Shown in pieces: positions 15,688 through 24,511 of a stretch of 32,000 bases of DNA; the first letter of the stretch is position 1, and each line of letters opens with the position of its first letter. The notes under the pieces are model-generated. The model was not told the origin of the DNA, searched no databases, and saw nothing but the letters and a program-made list of their open reading frames with translations. The stretch is from an uncultured archaeon (GTDB taxonomy: Archaea; Iainarchaeota; Iainarchaeia; Iainarchaeales; JAAZKV01), in assembly GCA_964551375.1 (NCBI GenBank), contig CAZKBG010000001.1, forward strand, positions 540,001 to 572,000, read 5' to 3'. The translations under genes and the position numbers were made by a program.

Positions 15688-16606
15688 ACGCAAGAGCAAT
15701 GCTTGCCATAATTGTAATTATCGCCCCTGCCCACTGGTGGCGCTGAATTCTTTCATGATTTATCATAACTGCAAGAAAAATTGCAATCGCAGGATAACTC
15801 TCGGTTATAGCAGTAATTATCCCCAAATTATAGGAAGAAACTGAATAAGCATAAAACAGCCACGCAAAAGTATCAGCAATCCCTGTCCCAATCACAAGCC
15901 ACTTAACTTTACTTGCTTGCTTGAAAGTTGATTTAACCGCGCCCTTCTGCCACAGGATTACAAAACAAACAACTGTAATCACAAGCCACGGCACCCAAAT
16001 AGCCATAAGCGGAGAAACTTCTCTTGCTGAAAAACCTGTGAGAACATTAATCGCTCCCATTCCAACTGCAGCGCAGGCCGCTAAAATTACCCCCTTTTCA
16101 AGACGCTTCAAGATATTTAACTGCTTTAAATGCTTTGACTCAATCGCCATTAAAATAATTCCAAAGAAAATTGGAACTATCAAAATCAACTGGAAAAGCG
16201 AAACCCCTTCGCCAAAAAGAAGGAATGCCAAAACAATTGTAATAGGAAGCTCAAGTTCAATAACAACTTCCACTACTGAAAGTTTACCCTGCCTTAATGC
16301 TTCAAAGTCAAAAATCGCCCCGATAAAAGTAACTACTCCAAGAAGAAGAAGAATCAAAAGATTCTCAAGAGACGCCATCAAATAAAGATGAGGAATAATA
16401 AACGGCAATAGCCCTATTGCTCCAATTAAACCAATAAAAGCAAGAGATTCAAGATCCCCGATTTTTCTCACGCTTTTTTGAATCAAAAAGTCTCCAATTC
16501 CCCAGCAAATCATCGCCCCAAAAGCGGCTAAAAGAAAGAACTCGATTTCCATTAGAATTAGTAAGAATTTGAGGCTATAAATAGGTTTTGTAGAGGGCAA
16601 GGACAT
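15674..16606 (-). CDS. EamA/DMT-superfamily transporter (about 10 TM)
   Basis: The protein is hydrophobic throughout with two EamA-like halves (GAMICWGIGDFLIQKSV...; ...TGIADTFAWLFYAYSV...). The alternative start ATG 16552 (MEIEFFLL) is plausible. Confidence 0.8.
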   Translation of the reverse strand: MSLPSTKPIYSLKFLLILMEIEFFLLAAFGAMICWGIGDFLIQKSVRKIGDLESLAFIGLIGAIGLLPFIIPHLYLMASLENLLILLLLGVVTFIGAIFDFEALRQGKLSVVEVVIELELPITIVLAFLLFGEGVSLFQLILIVPIFFGIILMAIESKHLKQLNILKRLEKGVILAACAAVGMGAINVLTGFSAREVSPLMAIWVPWLVITVVCFVILWQKGAVKSTFKQASKVKWLVIGTGIADTFAWLFYAYSVSSYNLGIITAITESYPAIAIFLAVMINHERIQRHQWAGAIITIMASIALASTLL

Positions 16607-16731
16607 AATTTTTGAAGGGACAAACCAACCTTTTTAAAGCTTTCACAAAGCAAGTTATTAAATCGGGCTTGGTGGAAGAAGCTAATTTGCTTAAATTTAT
16701 CGGCTGATTGATTGAAATTTGGTGAGCAGAA

Positions 16732-17532
16732 ATGGGAATTAGACCAGCAAAGTGCTATAGTAGTCAGAGAAACAAAAGAAGACTAAAAAGCGGAGCAAGA
16801 GGCCACGCAAGAAAATTAACACAGCAAAGAGCATACACAAGAATTGCAATTAACGTTCCTGACAGAAACTATATTGGAGCATCACCGCAGTTAAAGACAA
16901 GGCAATTCAACATGGGAAACCCTGTTTTGCCATACGACACAGTAGCTGATTTGGTTGTTGAAGAGTCACTTGATATTAGAGATAACGCTATTGAAAGTGT
17001 TAGATCAACTGTGAATAGAAAACTTGTAAAGGACCTTGGAAAAGACGCTTACTTTATGAAAGTAAGAGTGTACCCAAGCCACTTAATGAGAGAAAATAAG
17101 CAAGCACAGGGAGCAGGAGCTGACCGTGTTTCGCAGGGAATGTCGCTTGCGTTTGGAATACCAATCGGAAGAGCGGCAAGAGTAAGAGAAGGGCAAGTTA
17201 TTTTTAGCGTGCTATGCATGAAAGAACAAAAGGATATTGTAAAGAAAGCACTTCACAGAGCAAAAGCAAAATTCCCGTGCAAAGTTCACACAGAATTTCA
17301 CAATAATATTAAAAGTCTTGGAACTCTGCCTTCAAAAGCAATCGAAGAACTTGTTGTTGAAGTAAAGAAAGCAGAAGGATTGCCAGGCGCAGAAGGAGTA
17401 GCTGCTACAACAGAAGCAGGCGCGGTTACAGCAGACGCTGCAAAACAAGGCGTGGGCGGAAAAGCGCCAATGCCAAGCGCAAAAACAGAAGCAAAACCTG
17501 CAGCAAAGAACCCTGGAAAGAAAGGAAACTAA
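16732..17532 (+). CDS. rpl10e: Ribosomal protein uL16 (L10e) with internal insertions and a long Ala/Lys-rich C-terminal extension
   Basis: MGIRPAKCY...AYTR...FNMGNP and RVYPSHLMRENKQAQGAGADRVSQGMSLAFGIPIGRAARV are uL16/L10e signatures. SD GGTGAG precedes the ATG. Size is 266 aa against roughly 170-180 aa in typical archaea. Confidence 0.9.
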   Translation: MGIRPAKCYSSQRNKRRLKSGARGHARKLTQQRAYTRIAINVPDRNYIGASPQLKTRQFNMGNPVLPYDTVADLVVEESLDIRDNAIESVRSTVNRKLVKDLGKDAYFMKVRVYPSHLMRENKQAQGAGADRVSQGMSLAFGIPIGRAARVREGQVIFSVLCMKEQKDIVKKALHRAKAKFPCKVHTEFHNNIKSLGTLPSKAIEELVVEVKKAEGLPGAEGVAATTEAGAVTADAAKQGVGGKAPMPSAKTEAKPAAKNPGKKGN

Positions 17533-17542
17533 TCTTTGGAAT

Positions 17543-17579
17543 TGCTGCAAGCCTTTGCAGCATCCAAAATTATTTTTTT
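17543..17579 (+). terminator. Hairpin plus T-run after rpl10e
   Basis: TGCTGCAA (17543-50), loop gcct, TTGCAGCA (17555-62), followed by the T7 run at 17573-17579. Confidence 0.5.
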
Positions 17580-17711
17580 AAACCAGAAATACCAAAAAAC
17601 GCGCTAATTTTCCAAATTAAACTCATTTTATAAAAAAGCAAGGGCAAAACCTTTTAACCACTAAATACATCTATGTAATATCCAATAAATTGGCACTAGA
17701 AGGTGATGCAA

Positions 17712-20165
17712 ATGAAGAATATTCTTTGGTTTAGAGAAATAAACATGCAAAATGTTGAAGAAGTAGGGGGAAAAGGAGCATCACTAGGCGAAATGGAAAA
17801 CAACAACTTCCCAGTGCCGACAGGCTTTGTAGTAACAAGCGGAGCATACTTCTCATTTGTAGAAGAAATGAAAATCAAGGAAAAAATTATCGCAGCAATT
17901 GACGCAATTGATGTTGAAAACACAAACCAGCTTGAAATAGTAAGCGCGCAGATAAGAGAACTAATTGAAACCACAAGAATGCCTGCAAAAATCAAGCTTG
18001 AAGTAATTAATAATTATAGAATGCTAAGCCAAGCAGAGCCTGCATTAGTTGCTGTAAGAAGCTCGGCAACCGCAGAAGATTTGCCTGAAGCATCATTCGC
18101 AGGACAGCAGGAAACTTACCTAAACATCCAAGGAGAAGAAGATGTAGTAAAAGCTGTGCAAAAATGCTGGGCATCATTATTCACTGCAAGAGCGGTATAT
18201 TACCGAAAAAAACAGGGATTTAACACTGAAAAAGTAGGATTATGCGCAGTAGTGCAAAAAATGGTTGAAAGCGAAGTGAGCGGAATAATGTTCACAGCGG
18301 ACCCAACCGGAAATTTGAACACAATAGTAATTGAAGCGGGATTTGGACTCGGAGAAACAGTAGTTTCAGGAAGCATAACTCCGGACAACTATGTTGTAGA
18401 CAAACAAAGCGGCAAAATTTCATCAAAAAAAATGAACAGACAAGAATTCATGCTTGTAAAAGAAGGAAAAGAAAATATACAAGTAAATTTAGGACCTGGA
18501 AAAGCAAGCATGCAAAAACTTGCTGATGACAAAATCATTGAACTTGCAGAAATTGGAAAAAGAATAGAAGAACACTACGGCAAGCCGATGGATATTGAAT
18601 GGGCAATGGAAGGAAATGTATTATACATTGTGCAAGCTAGGCCAATTACAACACTAAATATGAAAGTAAAGGGAAGCACAGTAGAGACAACTGAAAAGCC
18701 GATAATTGAAGGACTTCCCGCAGCTCCAGGAGTAGTTACTGGATATGTTAAAGTTGTTCCTGAAATCAGCGATATTGAAAAAGTTGTAAAAGGAGATATT
18801 TTAGTAACAAAAATGACTTCGCCATCCTGGGTTCCTGTGATGAAAAAAGCAGCAGGAATAATTACAAACGAAGGAGGCAGAACATGCCACGCAGCAATTG
18901 TATCAAGAGAACTTGGAATACCATGCGTTGTTGGAACAAGCATTGCAACAACAACACTCAAAGACGGACAAGAAGTAACAATTGACGGATTCAACGGCAA
19001 AGTATACGCAGGAAAAATAAATATCACAGTTGAAAAGAAAGACACTGTTTTCAAATTTGATGAAGACGAAGTTGATCCTCTTGAAGACGCGCTAAAAGAA
19101 GAAGAGCTCACAGCAGGACCAGAAATACGCGGAAAAATAGAAGTAATAGAACGCGAATTTTCAGGAATTAAATACAAAGAAATGAACGCAACAAAACAAG
19201 ATGAGGAAAAAAGAGAACTACTTGAACTCTTAAAAGATTTATCAATAAAAGTTAAAGTAAATGTTGCGCTACCAGATGCAAGCGAAAGCGCCGCAGCAAC
19301 AAACGCTGACGGAGTAGGACTATTAAGAGCAGAGCACATGATTACAAACTCAGGAATGCACCCTGCCGAGTTCATAAGACAAAATAAAGATTTAGAACTA
19401 AAGGACACTGTAAAACAGGGAATAAGAGTAGTTGCAGAAAAATTCCCAAACAAACCGGTTTGGTTTAGAACATTTGACGCACGAAGCGATGAATACAAAG
19501 AACTAGTCGGTGGAGAAAAAGAGCCAAAAGAAGAAAACCCAATGCTTGGATGGCACGGAATAAGAAGAGACCTTGATGAACCAAGAATGTTCAAAGCCCA
19601 AGTGCTTGCAATAAAAGAACTATACGAAGAAGGACTAAGAAATGTTGGAATAATGCTTCCATTCGTTCAAAGCCTTGAAGAAGTACTTGGCGCAAAGAAA
19701 ATTGCAACAGAAGTAGGGCTCCCAGCAGCAGTTGATATAGGAGTAATGGTAGAAACACCAGGAGCAGTGTGGGTAATAGACGAATTAATACCGCACATAA
19801 AGTTTGTTTCATTTGGAACAAATGACTTGACACAACTAACACTGGGGATGGACAGAAACAACGAAAGAGTTCAGAAGAACTTTACTGAACTTCACCCAGC
19901 AATACTAAGACAGCTTGAATATGTAATCAAAAAATGCAAACCAGCAGGAGTTAGAACAAGCATCTGCGGACAAGCTGCATCAAATCCGGATATGGTAAAG
20001 AAACTAATCTGGTACGGAATAGATTCAGTATCGGCAAATATTGACGCGGTGGCGGAGATTAGAAAAGTTGTAATTGAAGAAGAGAAAAAGAAGGTGCTGG
20101 ATTTGTACAACAAACGCTACCTTCCAGTAACTCAACACAATTCGCTGATACTAAAAAATCTGTAG
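17712..20165 (+). CDS. ppsA: Phosphoenolpyruvate synthase (pyruvate, water dikinase)
   Basis: VGGKGASLGEM, VAVRSSATAEDLPEASFAGQQETYLN, phosphohistidine GGRTCHAAIVSRELGIPCVVG, GVGLLRAEHM, FGTNDLTQ and ICGQAAS. GAAGGTGAT precedes ATG 17712. The ORF opens at GTG 17703. Confidence 0.93.
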   Translation: MKNILWFREINMQNVEEVGGKGASLGEMENNNFPVPTGFVVTSGAYFSFVEEMKIKEKIIAAIDAIDVENTNQLEIVSAQIRELIETTRMPAKIKLEVINNYRMLSQAEPALVAVRSSATAEDLPEASFAGQQETYLNIQGEEDVVKAVQKCWASLFTARAVYYRKKQGFNTEKVGLCAVVQKMVESEVSGIMFTADPTGNLNTIVIEAGFGLGETVVSGSITPDNYVVDKQSGKISSKKMNRQEFMLVKEGKENIQVNLGPGKASMQKLADDKIIELAEIGKRIEEHYGKPMDIEWAMEGNVLYIVQARPITTLNMKVKGSTVETTEKPIIEGLPAAPGVVTGYVKVVPEISDIEKVVKGDILVTKMTSPSWVPVMKKAAGIITNEGGRTCHAAIVSRELGIPCVVGTSIATTTLKDGQEVTIDGFNGKVYAGKINITVEKKDTVFKFDEDEVDPLEDALKEEELTAGPEIRGKIEVIEREFSGIKYKEMNATKQDEEKRELLELLKDLSIKVKVNVALPDASESAAATNADGVGLLRAEHMITNSGMHPAEFIRQNKDLELKDTVKQGIRVVAEKFPNKPVWFRTFDARSDEYKELVGGEKEPKEENPMLGWHGIRRDLDEPRMFKAQVLAIKELYEEGLRNVGIMLPFVQSLEEVLGAKKIATEVGLPAAVDIGVMVETPGAVWVIDELIPHIKFVSFGTNDLTQLTLGMDRNNERVQKNFTELHPAILRQLEYVIKKCKPAGVRTSICGQAASNPDMVKKLIWYGIDSVSANIDAVAEIRKVVIEEEKKKVLDLYNKRYLPVTQHNSLILKNL

Positions 20166-20203
20166 AAAAAGATAAACGCTCAAAATTGGAATTTCTTTTT
20201 GGG

Positions 20204-20521
20204 CTAATAAAAAGTTGTGGTTGAGTCAAGAACCCACTTTTCAAAAGAACTATTAGCGTCAACAGTCCAAGATAAAATACAAGGAACCTCATAAGAGTGC
20301 ATTTCCTTGACTTTTGCATGAATACCGTTAATTAATGCAGGCTTTGTTTTGCAAACAGCAACAATCTCTTTCCCCTTTACAAGCTTCTTCTTCCACACAT
20401 ACATATTCTTTACTGGAATAAAATTAGCGCACGCAATGAGCTTATCCTTAACAAGAGCTGAAACAATCTTATCCGCTTCCTTTTCGTTCTTAAAAGTAAT
20501 ATAAACAATTGAAACTGCCAT
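20204..20521 (-). CDS. cutA: CutA1 divalent-cation tolerance protein
   Basis: Size is 105 aa. VYITFKNEKEADKIVSALVKDKLIACANFIP...YVWKKK...SYEVPCILSW matches the CutA1 fold pattern. Confidence 0.85.
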   Translation of the reverse strand: MAVSIVYITFKNEKEADKIVSALVKDKLIACANFIPVKNMYVWKKKLVKGKEIVAVCKTKPALINGIHAKVKEMHSYEVPCILSWTVDANSSFEKWVLDSTTTFY

Positions 20522-20577
20522 AACAATAAAATAAGCAACAAACAGATACTTAATACTTTCTTGACATAGAGATTAAT

Positions 20578-21564
20578 ATGCTGAAAATAGAGCTGACAAG
20601 CGCAATCCGCGAATTAAAAAATAAAAAAGCAAAGAAAGTATTCTTGCAAATACCTGAAGGACTTAAAGTAAATGCTGAAAATATCATAGAACAGCTTGAA
20701 GAAAGAGGATTTGAAGTATTCGCATCAATGGACCCCTGCTTTGGAGCATGCGATTTAAAGCAAAAAGAAGCAAATCTAATGGAATGCGACACCATACTTC
20801 ACTTAGGGCACACAGCGTTTGTGGAAAAAACAAAAATGCCTGTTGTATACGCTCCACTGCATTATGAACTTGGAAATGAATTCTACAAAACCGCAAAAAA
20901 TCTTGCAGAATACTTAAATTTGAACAAAATAAAAAAAGTTGGGCTTACTACAACAGTGCAGTTTTTGGACTACTTGAAATTACTCCAAAGAGAACTTCAA
21001 AAAGACGGAATCACATCAGAGATTGGAAAAGGAAAAAGAACAATGGACGGACAGGTTCTTGGATGCAACTACTCAAGCGCGGAAGTCAAAGCAAACACAA
21101 TAATATATTTAGGAGACGGATTATTCCACCCGCTTGGCATACACTATGCGACAGGAAAAAGAGTAATCCTTGCAAATCCTTTTGATTCAAAAATAAAAGA
21201 GCTTTCAGACGAGAAAAATGATTTTTTGAAAAAAAGAATTATTTTAATTGAAAGAGCAAAAGACGCTGTAAACTTCGCAATACTTGTTTCAACAAAAGAA
21301 GGACAAAATAGGATTAGCGAAGCAAAGAAAATAAGAAAAGAACTCCAAAAAGCAGGCAAAACCGCAAAAATTTACTCAATGGATTTTATCTCAAACGACA
21401 CCATGCTTGGCGTAAAAGCGGAAGCATTCATTAACACTGCCTGCCCAAGAATCAGCATTGATGATTTTATGCAATACAAACTCCCGATAATAAATAAAAC
21501 TGAAATACCTTACCTGCTTGGAAAAAAGTCATACGAAAATTACAAACTTGAAGCAGTTTATTAA
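20578..21564 (+). CDS. dph2: 2-(3-amino-3-carboxypropyl)histidine synthase (diphthamide biosynthesis, Dph2)
   Basis: KKVFLQIPEGLK, DPCFGACD, ILHLGHT, LGCNYS and NTACPRISIDD give three Cys-bearing segments, as in archaeal radical-SAM Dph2. Confidence 0.88.
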   Translation: MLKIELTSAIRELKNKKAKKVFLQIPEGLKVNAENIIEQLEERGFEVFASMDPCFGACDLKQKEANLMECDTILHLGHTAFVEKTKMPVVYAPLHYELGNEFYKTAKNLAEYLNLNKIKKVGLTTTVQFLDYLKLLQRELQKDGITSEIGKGKRTMDGQVLGCNYSSAEVKANTIIYLGDGLFHPLGIHYATGKRVILANPFDSKIKELSDEKNDFLKKRIILIERAKDAVNFAILVSTKEGQNRISEAKKIRKELQKAGKTAKIYSMDFISNDTMLGVKAEAFINTACPRISIDDFMQYKLPIINKTEIPYLLGKKSYENYKLEAVY

Positions 21565-21592
21565 AAAAAGTAAAACTTAAAGAGGGGTTAAT

Positions 21593-22063
21593 TTGCCGAT
21601 AAAGAAAAAAGAGCACAAACATCAAAAAGCAGAACTGCATTCTAATAATACAATTCACCAAGCAAATACAAATACCAACACAACCCGCCGAAGCAGCAGC
21701 TGGGCGGTTATTTCAAGCACAATAATGATGATAGTAGCATATCCTATTGGAACTTACGCCATCATCGGCTGGATTTTAACACTCGCACAGACAGGAATTA
21801 TATTTGGAAGCCAAGAACACATACTTTTGAGCGCGGCTGCAGTTATTCTAATTGCGCTACTTGGATTATTCGGCTCAAACGCAGTTAATGCGCTCCACAA
21901 ACTCGCGCTTCTTGCAATATTTATCTCAATTCCGTTCGGATTTTACAAAATAATTAAAACAATCCTCTTCGGACAAACTAATTACCATAATGAAATCGCA
22001 ATTGCATTCGGTATAATATTCTTTTTGATGATAATTTTAGTATTCAAACGAAATACTGATTGA
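21593..22063 (+). CDS. Hypothetical membrane protein (about 4 TM) with a polar His/Asn/Thr-rich N-terminus
   Basis: TTG start after GAGGGG (21582-87). There are four hydrophobic segments and no recognisable motif. Confidence 0.5.
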   Translation: MPIKKKEHKHQKAELHSNNTIHQANTNTNTTRRSSSWAVISSTIMMIVAYPIGTYAIIGWILTLAQTGIIFGSQEHILLSAAAVILIALLGLFGSNAVNALHKLALLAIFISIPFGFYKIIKTILFGQTNYHNEIAIAFGIIFFLMIILVFKRNTD

Positions 22064-22103
22064 ATAGCCAAAAAATTAATTGTTTTTTATTTTTTTTAGC
22101 TTA

Positions 22104-22991
22104 TTACTCATCAAGCTGAACTTCATTTTGGGAGGCGGTTTCTGTTCGAACAATTGTGCCCTTAAATTCCTGCCCTCTTACAACCGCTTTAAAGTTCTCA
22201 AAATCGGTTCCGTTAATGAAAAATCCCCTAATTCGGCTTCTCCAAAGCATATTCGCAGCGTGAGGATCAATAAAAGTATGCGCGCCAGGCTTTGAAGACT
22301 GGGCTTTTAGAAGAGAAACCATTTTTGTGTGAGTCAATTCTTTATACATTTTAGCTCCCGGCTCTTTGGCAGGATCCGCAGAATAAATCCCATCCACGTT
22401 GCTTAAATTAATAAAATCCCCGTTCACTAACTCCGCAATAATTGCCGCAACAGAGTCAGTAGTCTGACCCGGAACAGAACCACCATACACAGGAGTCTTT
22501 TCAAGATGAAGAATATTATCAGCATCCTTTGGATCCGAAAGAACAGACTTCCACGCATTTTCAATCCCGTGAGTGAACATATACGCATTCGCTTTCGTAA
22601 TTGCAATTCCTGCCTCATCCATCTCAAAATTATTCCCGCCAAGAGCCTTCACTCCAGCCTGATAAACTCTAGCAATCCTTCCCCCGCCCACAACAAGGAC
22701 AAATTTATAGCCTTCCCTTCTAAGCTCATTAATTACTTCGCAAAACTTCGCAATTTCAGGCGCTCTTAATTTTTCATTAAAGAAAACACTTCCGCCAACG
22801 CTTAAAACAAAAGTCTTTTGAGAAGACGAACTATATTGGGAATAAACTGAAGAATAAGAGCTTGAAGACTGAGAAGAAGATGAATTTTCGCTTGGAGCGG
22901 AGCCTGAAGCGTAGGTTACATCAGAATTTGAATTGCCCCCGCCCTCAACAGGCCTAGGCGTGCCGTCCCATCTTTCAAATAAATCAAACAT
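22104..22991 (-). CDS. pyrH: Archaeal-type UMP kinase with a Ser-rich N-terminal extension
   Basis: VLSVGGSV, VVGGGRIARVY, PGQTTDSVAAIIAE and NVDGIYSADPAKEPGAKMY. ATG 22991 is preceded by GGTGGTGAGAGG; the ORF opens at TTG 23030. No in-frame start codon lies between the Ser-rich tract and the kinase core. Confidence 0.88.
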   Translation of the reverse strand: MFDLFERWDGTPRPVEGGGNSNSDVTYASGSAPSENSSSSQSSSSYSSVYSQYSSSSQKTFVLSVGGSVFFNEKLRAPEIAKFCEVINELRREGYKFVLVVGGGRIARVYQAGVKALGGNNFEMDEAGIAITKANAYMFTHGIENAWKSVLSDPKDADNILHLEKTPVYGGSVPGQTTDSVAAIIAELVNGDFINLSNVDGIYSADPAKEPGAKMYKELTHTKMVSLLKAQSSKPGAHTFIDPHAANMLWRSRIRGFFINGTDFENFKAVVRGQEFKGTIVRTETASQNEVQLDE

Positions 22992-23148
22992 CCTCTCACC
23001 ACCAAACAACGCGATTTTAGCTTTAGCCAATACCTTTTATAAGCTAACGAAACCGAAATTATATAGGTTTACTGGTTTAAATATTTACGCCTGATAAATG
23101 CGAATAAATAAGCCAAAAAAGCTGTATTAACTTAAATAATGTGATTTT

Positions 23149-24414
23149 ATGGGAAGCCCCGGAATGCCTCATCATGTGCTTGAAGAAGTGAGCGAAGCAG
23201 AGATGGCGGTTTTTAAGAAGAAACTCAAAATGCTTGAGGCAATAAAAGGAAGACACACTGAACTAATTACACAATACATTCCTCCTGGAACTGACAGAAG
23301 CACGGTAATGAATACGCTTAGCGAAGAAATTAACCAAAGCGGAAATATCAAGAGCCCTTCAACTCGAAAAAATGTTCAAGGCGCTCTGAGAAAAATAATC
23401 GGGTTTTTAAAAAACATAAATTTTAAGCTACCTGCAACTGGGCTTGTGGTATTTGCTGGAAATATTTCAGAAACTGAAGGAAGAGCGGACATTAGGTTAT
23501 TCACCATAACTCCGGTTAGACCTTTAAAAGTAAAATTATACTGGTGCGACTCTTCATTTCACATAGATCACTTAAAAGAAATGATGGCGCCAAATGACTT
23601 TTACGCAATAATGACAATTGACAAAAACGAAGCAACTATAGCGCAGTTAGTTGGAAGAAAATATGAAATGCTCGGGCATTTTACTTCAATGGTTCCTGGA
23701 AAATCAAGAGCCGGAGGGCAATCCTCGCAGAGATTTGAAAGACTAAGAGAAGAAGCAATGCAGGACTTTTTTAGAAAATCAGCAGAAAAATTCAACTCAT
23801 ACTTTGAGCCGTACATTCCCAGAATTAAAGGAGTATTAATCGGCGGGCCCGGAATGACAAAAAACTATTTCATGGAGAAAAAAGTAATCCACCACGAACT
23901 TGAAAAGAAAATCTTGGGCGTAATTGACACAGCATACACTGATGAAGGCGGAATAAGAGAACTTGTGCAAAAAAGCCAGGATTTACTAAAGGATTCTGAA
24001 CTTGTAAAAGAAAGGCAAATACTTGACAAATTTTTGGGAGAAGTTGCCAAAGACGGGCTTGCAACATACGGACAGGCTGAAGTGGAAAAAGCGCTTGACG
24101 AAGCAAGAGTATCAACCTTAATAATTTCAGAAGACATTCCTTGGAGCGTTTTTAGAATATTCTGCGAACACTGCCAGAAAGAAGAAATTGTAATTGTAAA
24201 AGAGCCTGAGACTTTTGAAGAATCAAAACTAAGGTGCTCAAAATGCGACTCAAAAGTTGAGACAACCGAAGAAATATCTTATCTTGATTATATGATTGAA
24301 AGAGCAAAAAATGTCGGCGCAGTTATTAGAGTAATAAGCACAGAAACAAACGAAGGCAAGCAGTTCCTTGAAGGATTCGGGGGACTTGCGGCGCTTGTGA
24401 GATATAAAATATAA
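23149..24414 (+). CDS. prf1: Peptide chain release factor aRF1
   Basis: NIKS stop-codon recognition motif (SGNIKSPSTRKN) and GGQ motif (SRAGGQSSQRFERLRE). The C-terminal domain carries a CxxC...CxxC zinc-ribbon insert (CEHCQ...CSKCD). Confidence 0.95.
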   Translation: MGSPGMPHHVLEEVSEAEMAVFKKKLKMLEAIKGRHTELITQYIPPGTDRSTVMNTLSEEINQSGNIKSPSTRKNVQGALRKIIGFLKNINFKLPATGLVVFAGNISETEGRADIRLFTITPVRPLKVKLYWCDSSFHIDHLKEMMAPNDFYAIMTIDKNEATIAQLVGRKYEMLGHFTSMVPGKSRAGGQSSQRFERLREEAMQDFFRKSAEKFNSYFEPYIPRIKGVLIGGPGMTKNYFMEKKVIHHELEKKILGVIDTAYTDEGGIRELVQKSQDLLKDSELVKERQILDKFLGEVAKDGLATYGQAEVEKALDEARVSTLIISEDIPWSVFRIFCEHCQKEEIVIVKEPETFEESKLRCSKCDSKVETTEEISYLDYMIERAKNVGAVIRVISTETNEGKQFLEGFGGLAALVRYKI

Positions 24415-24511
24415 ATTAATGAATAATAAAAACAATAAATGTAAAAATAAAATTTAAATTAATCAAGTTTCAATTAGCGACTTGTTTTAGAAGAAATATG
24501 AAGATGATTAT

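Noticed and set aside
15921-16385. 154-aa ORF antisense to the EamA transporter gene
   Set aside because: It is a shadow ORF inside a coherent 10-TM transporter gene, with no start context or recognisable domain.
12567-16606. tRNA-flanked integrated element or genomic island around tRNA-Cys and tRNA-Gly
   Set aside because: The flanking genes (DUF1846, nitroreductase, DUF523 fusion, lipoprotein, EamA) look accessory. However, I found no integrase, no direct repeat of either tRNA 3' end and no obvious composition shift.
18575-19594. 339-aa ORF antisense to ppsA
   Set aside because: It lies entirely within the well-supported ppsA gene on the opposite strand. The translation is Ser/Phe/Thr-rich low complexity with no motif. 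This is typical of a shadow ORF opposite a Glu/Lys-rich coding frame.
22080-22295. 71-aa plus-strand ORF overlapping the 3' end of pyrH
   Set aside because: It is antisense to the conserved C-terminus of UMP kinase and has no SD or homology signal.
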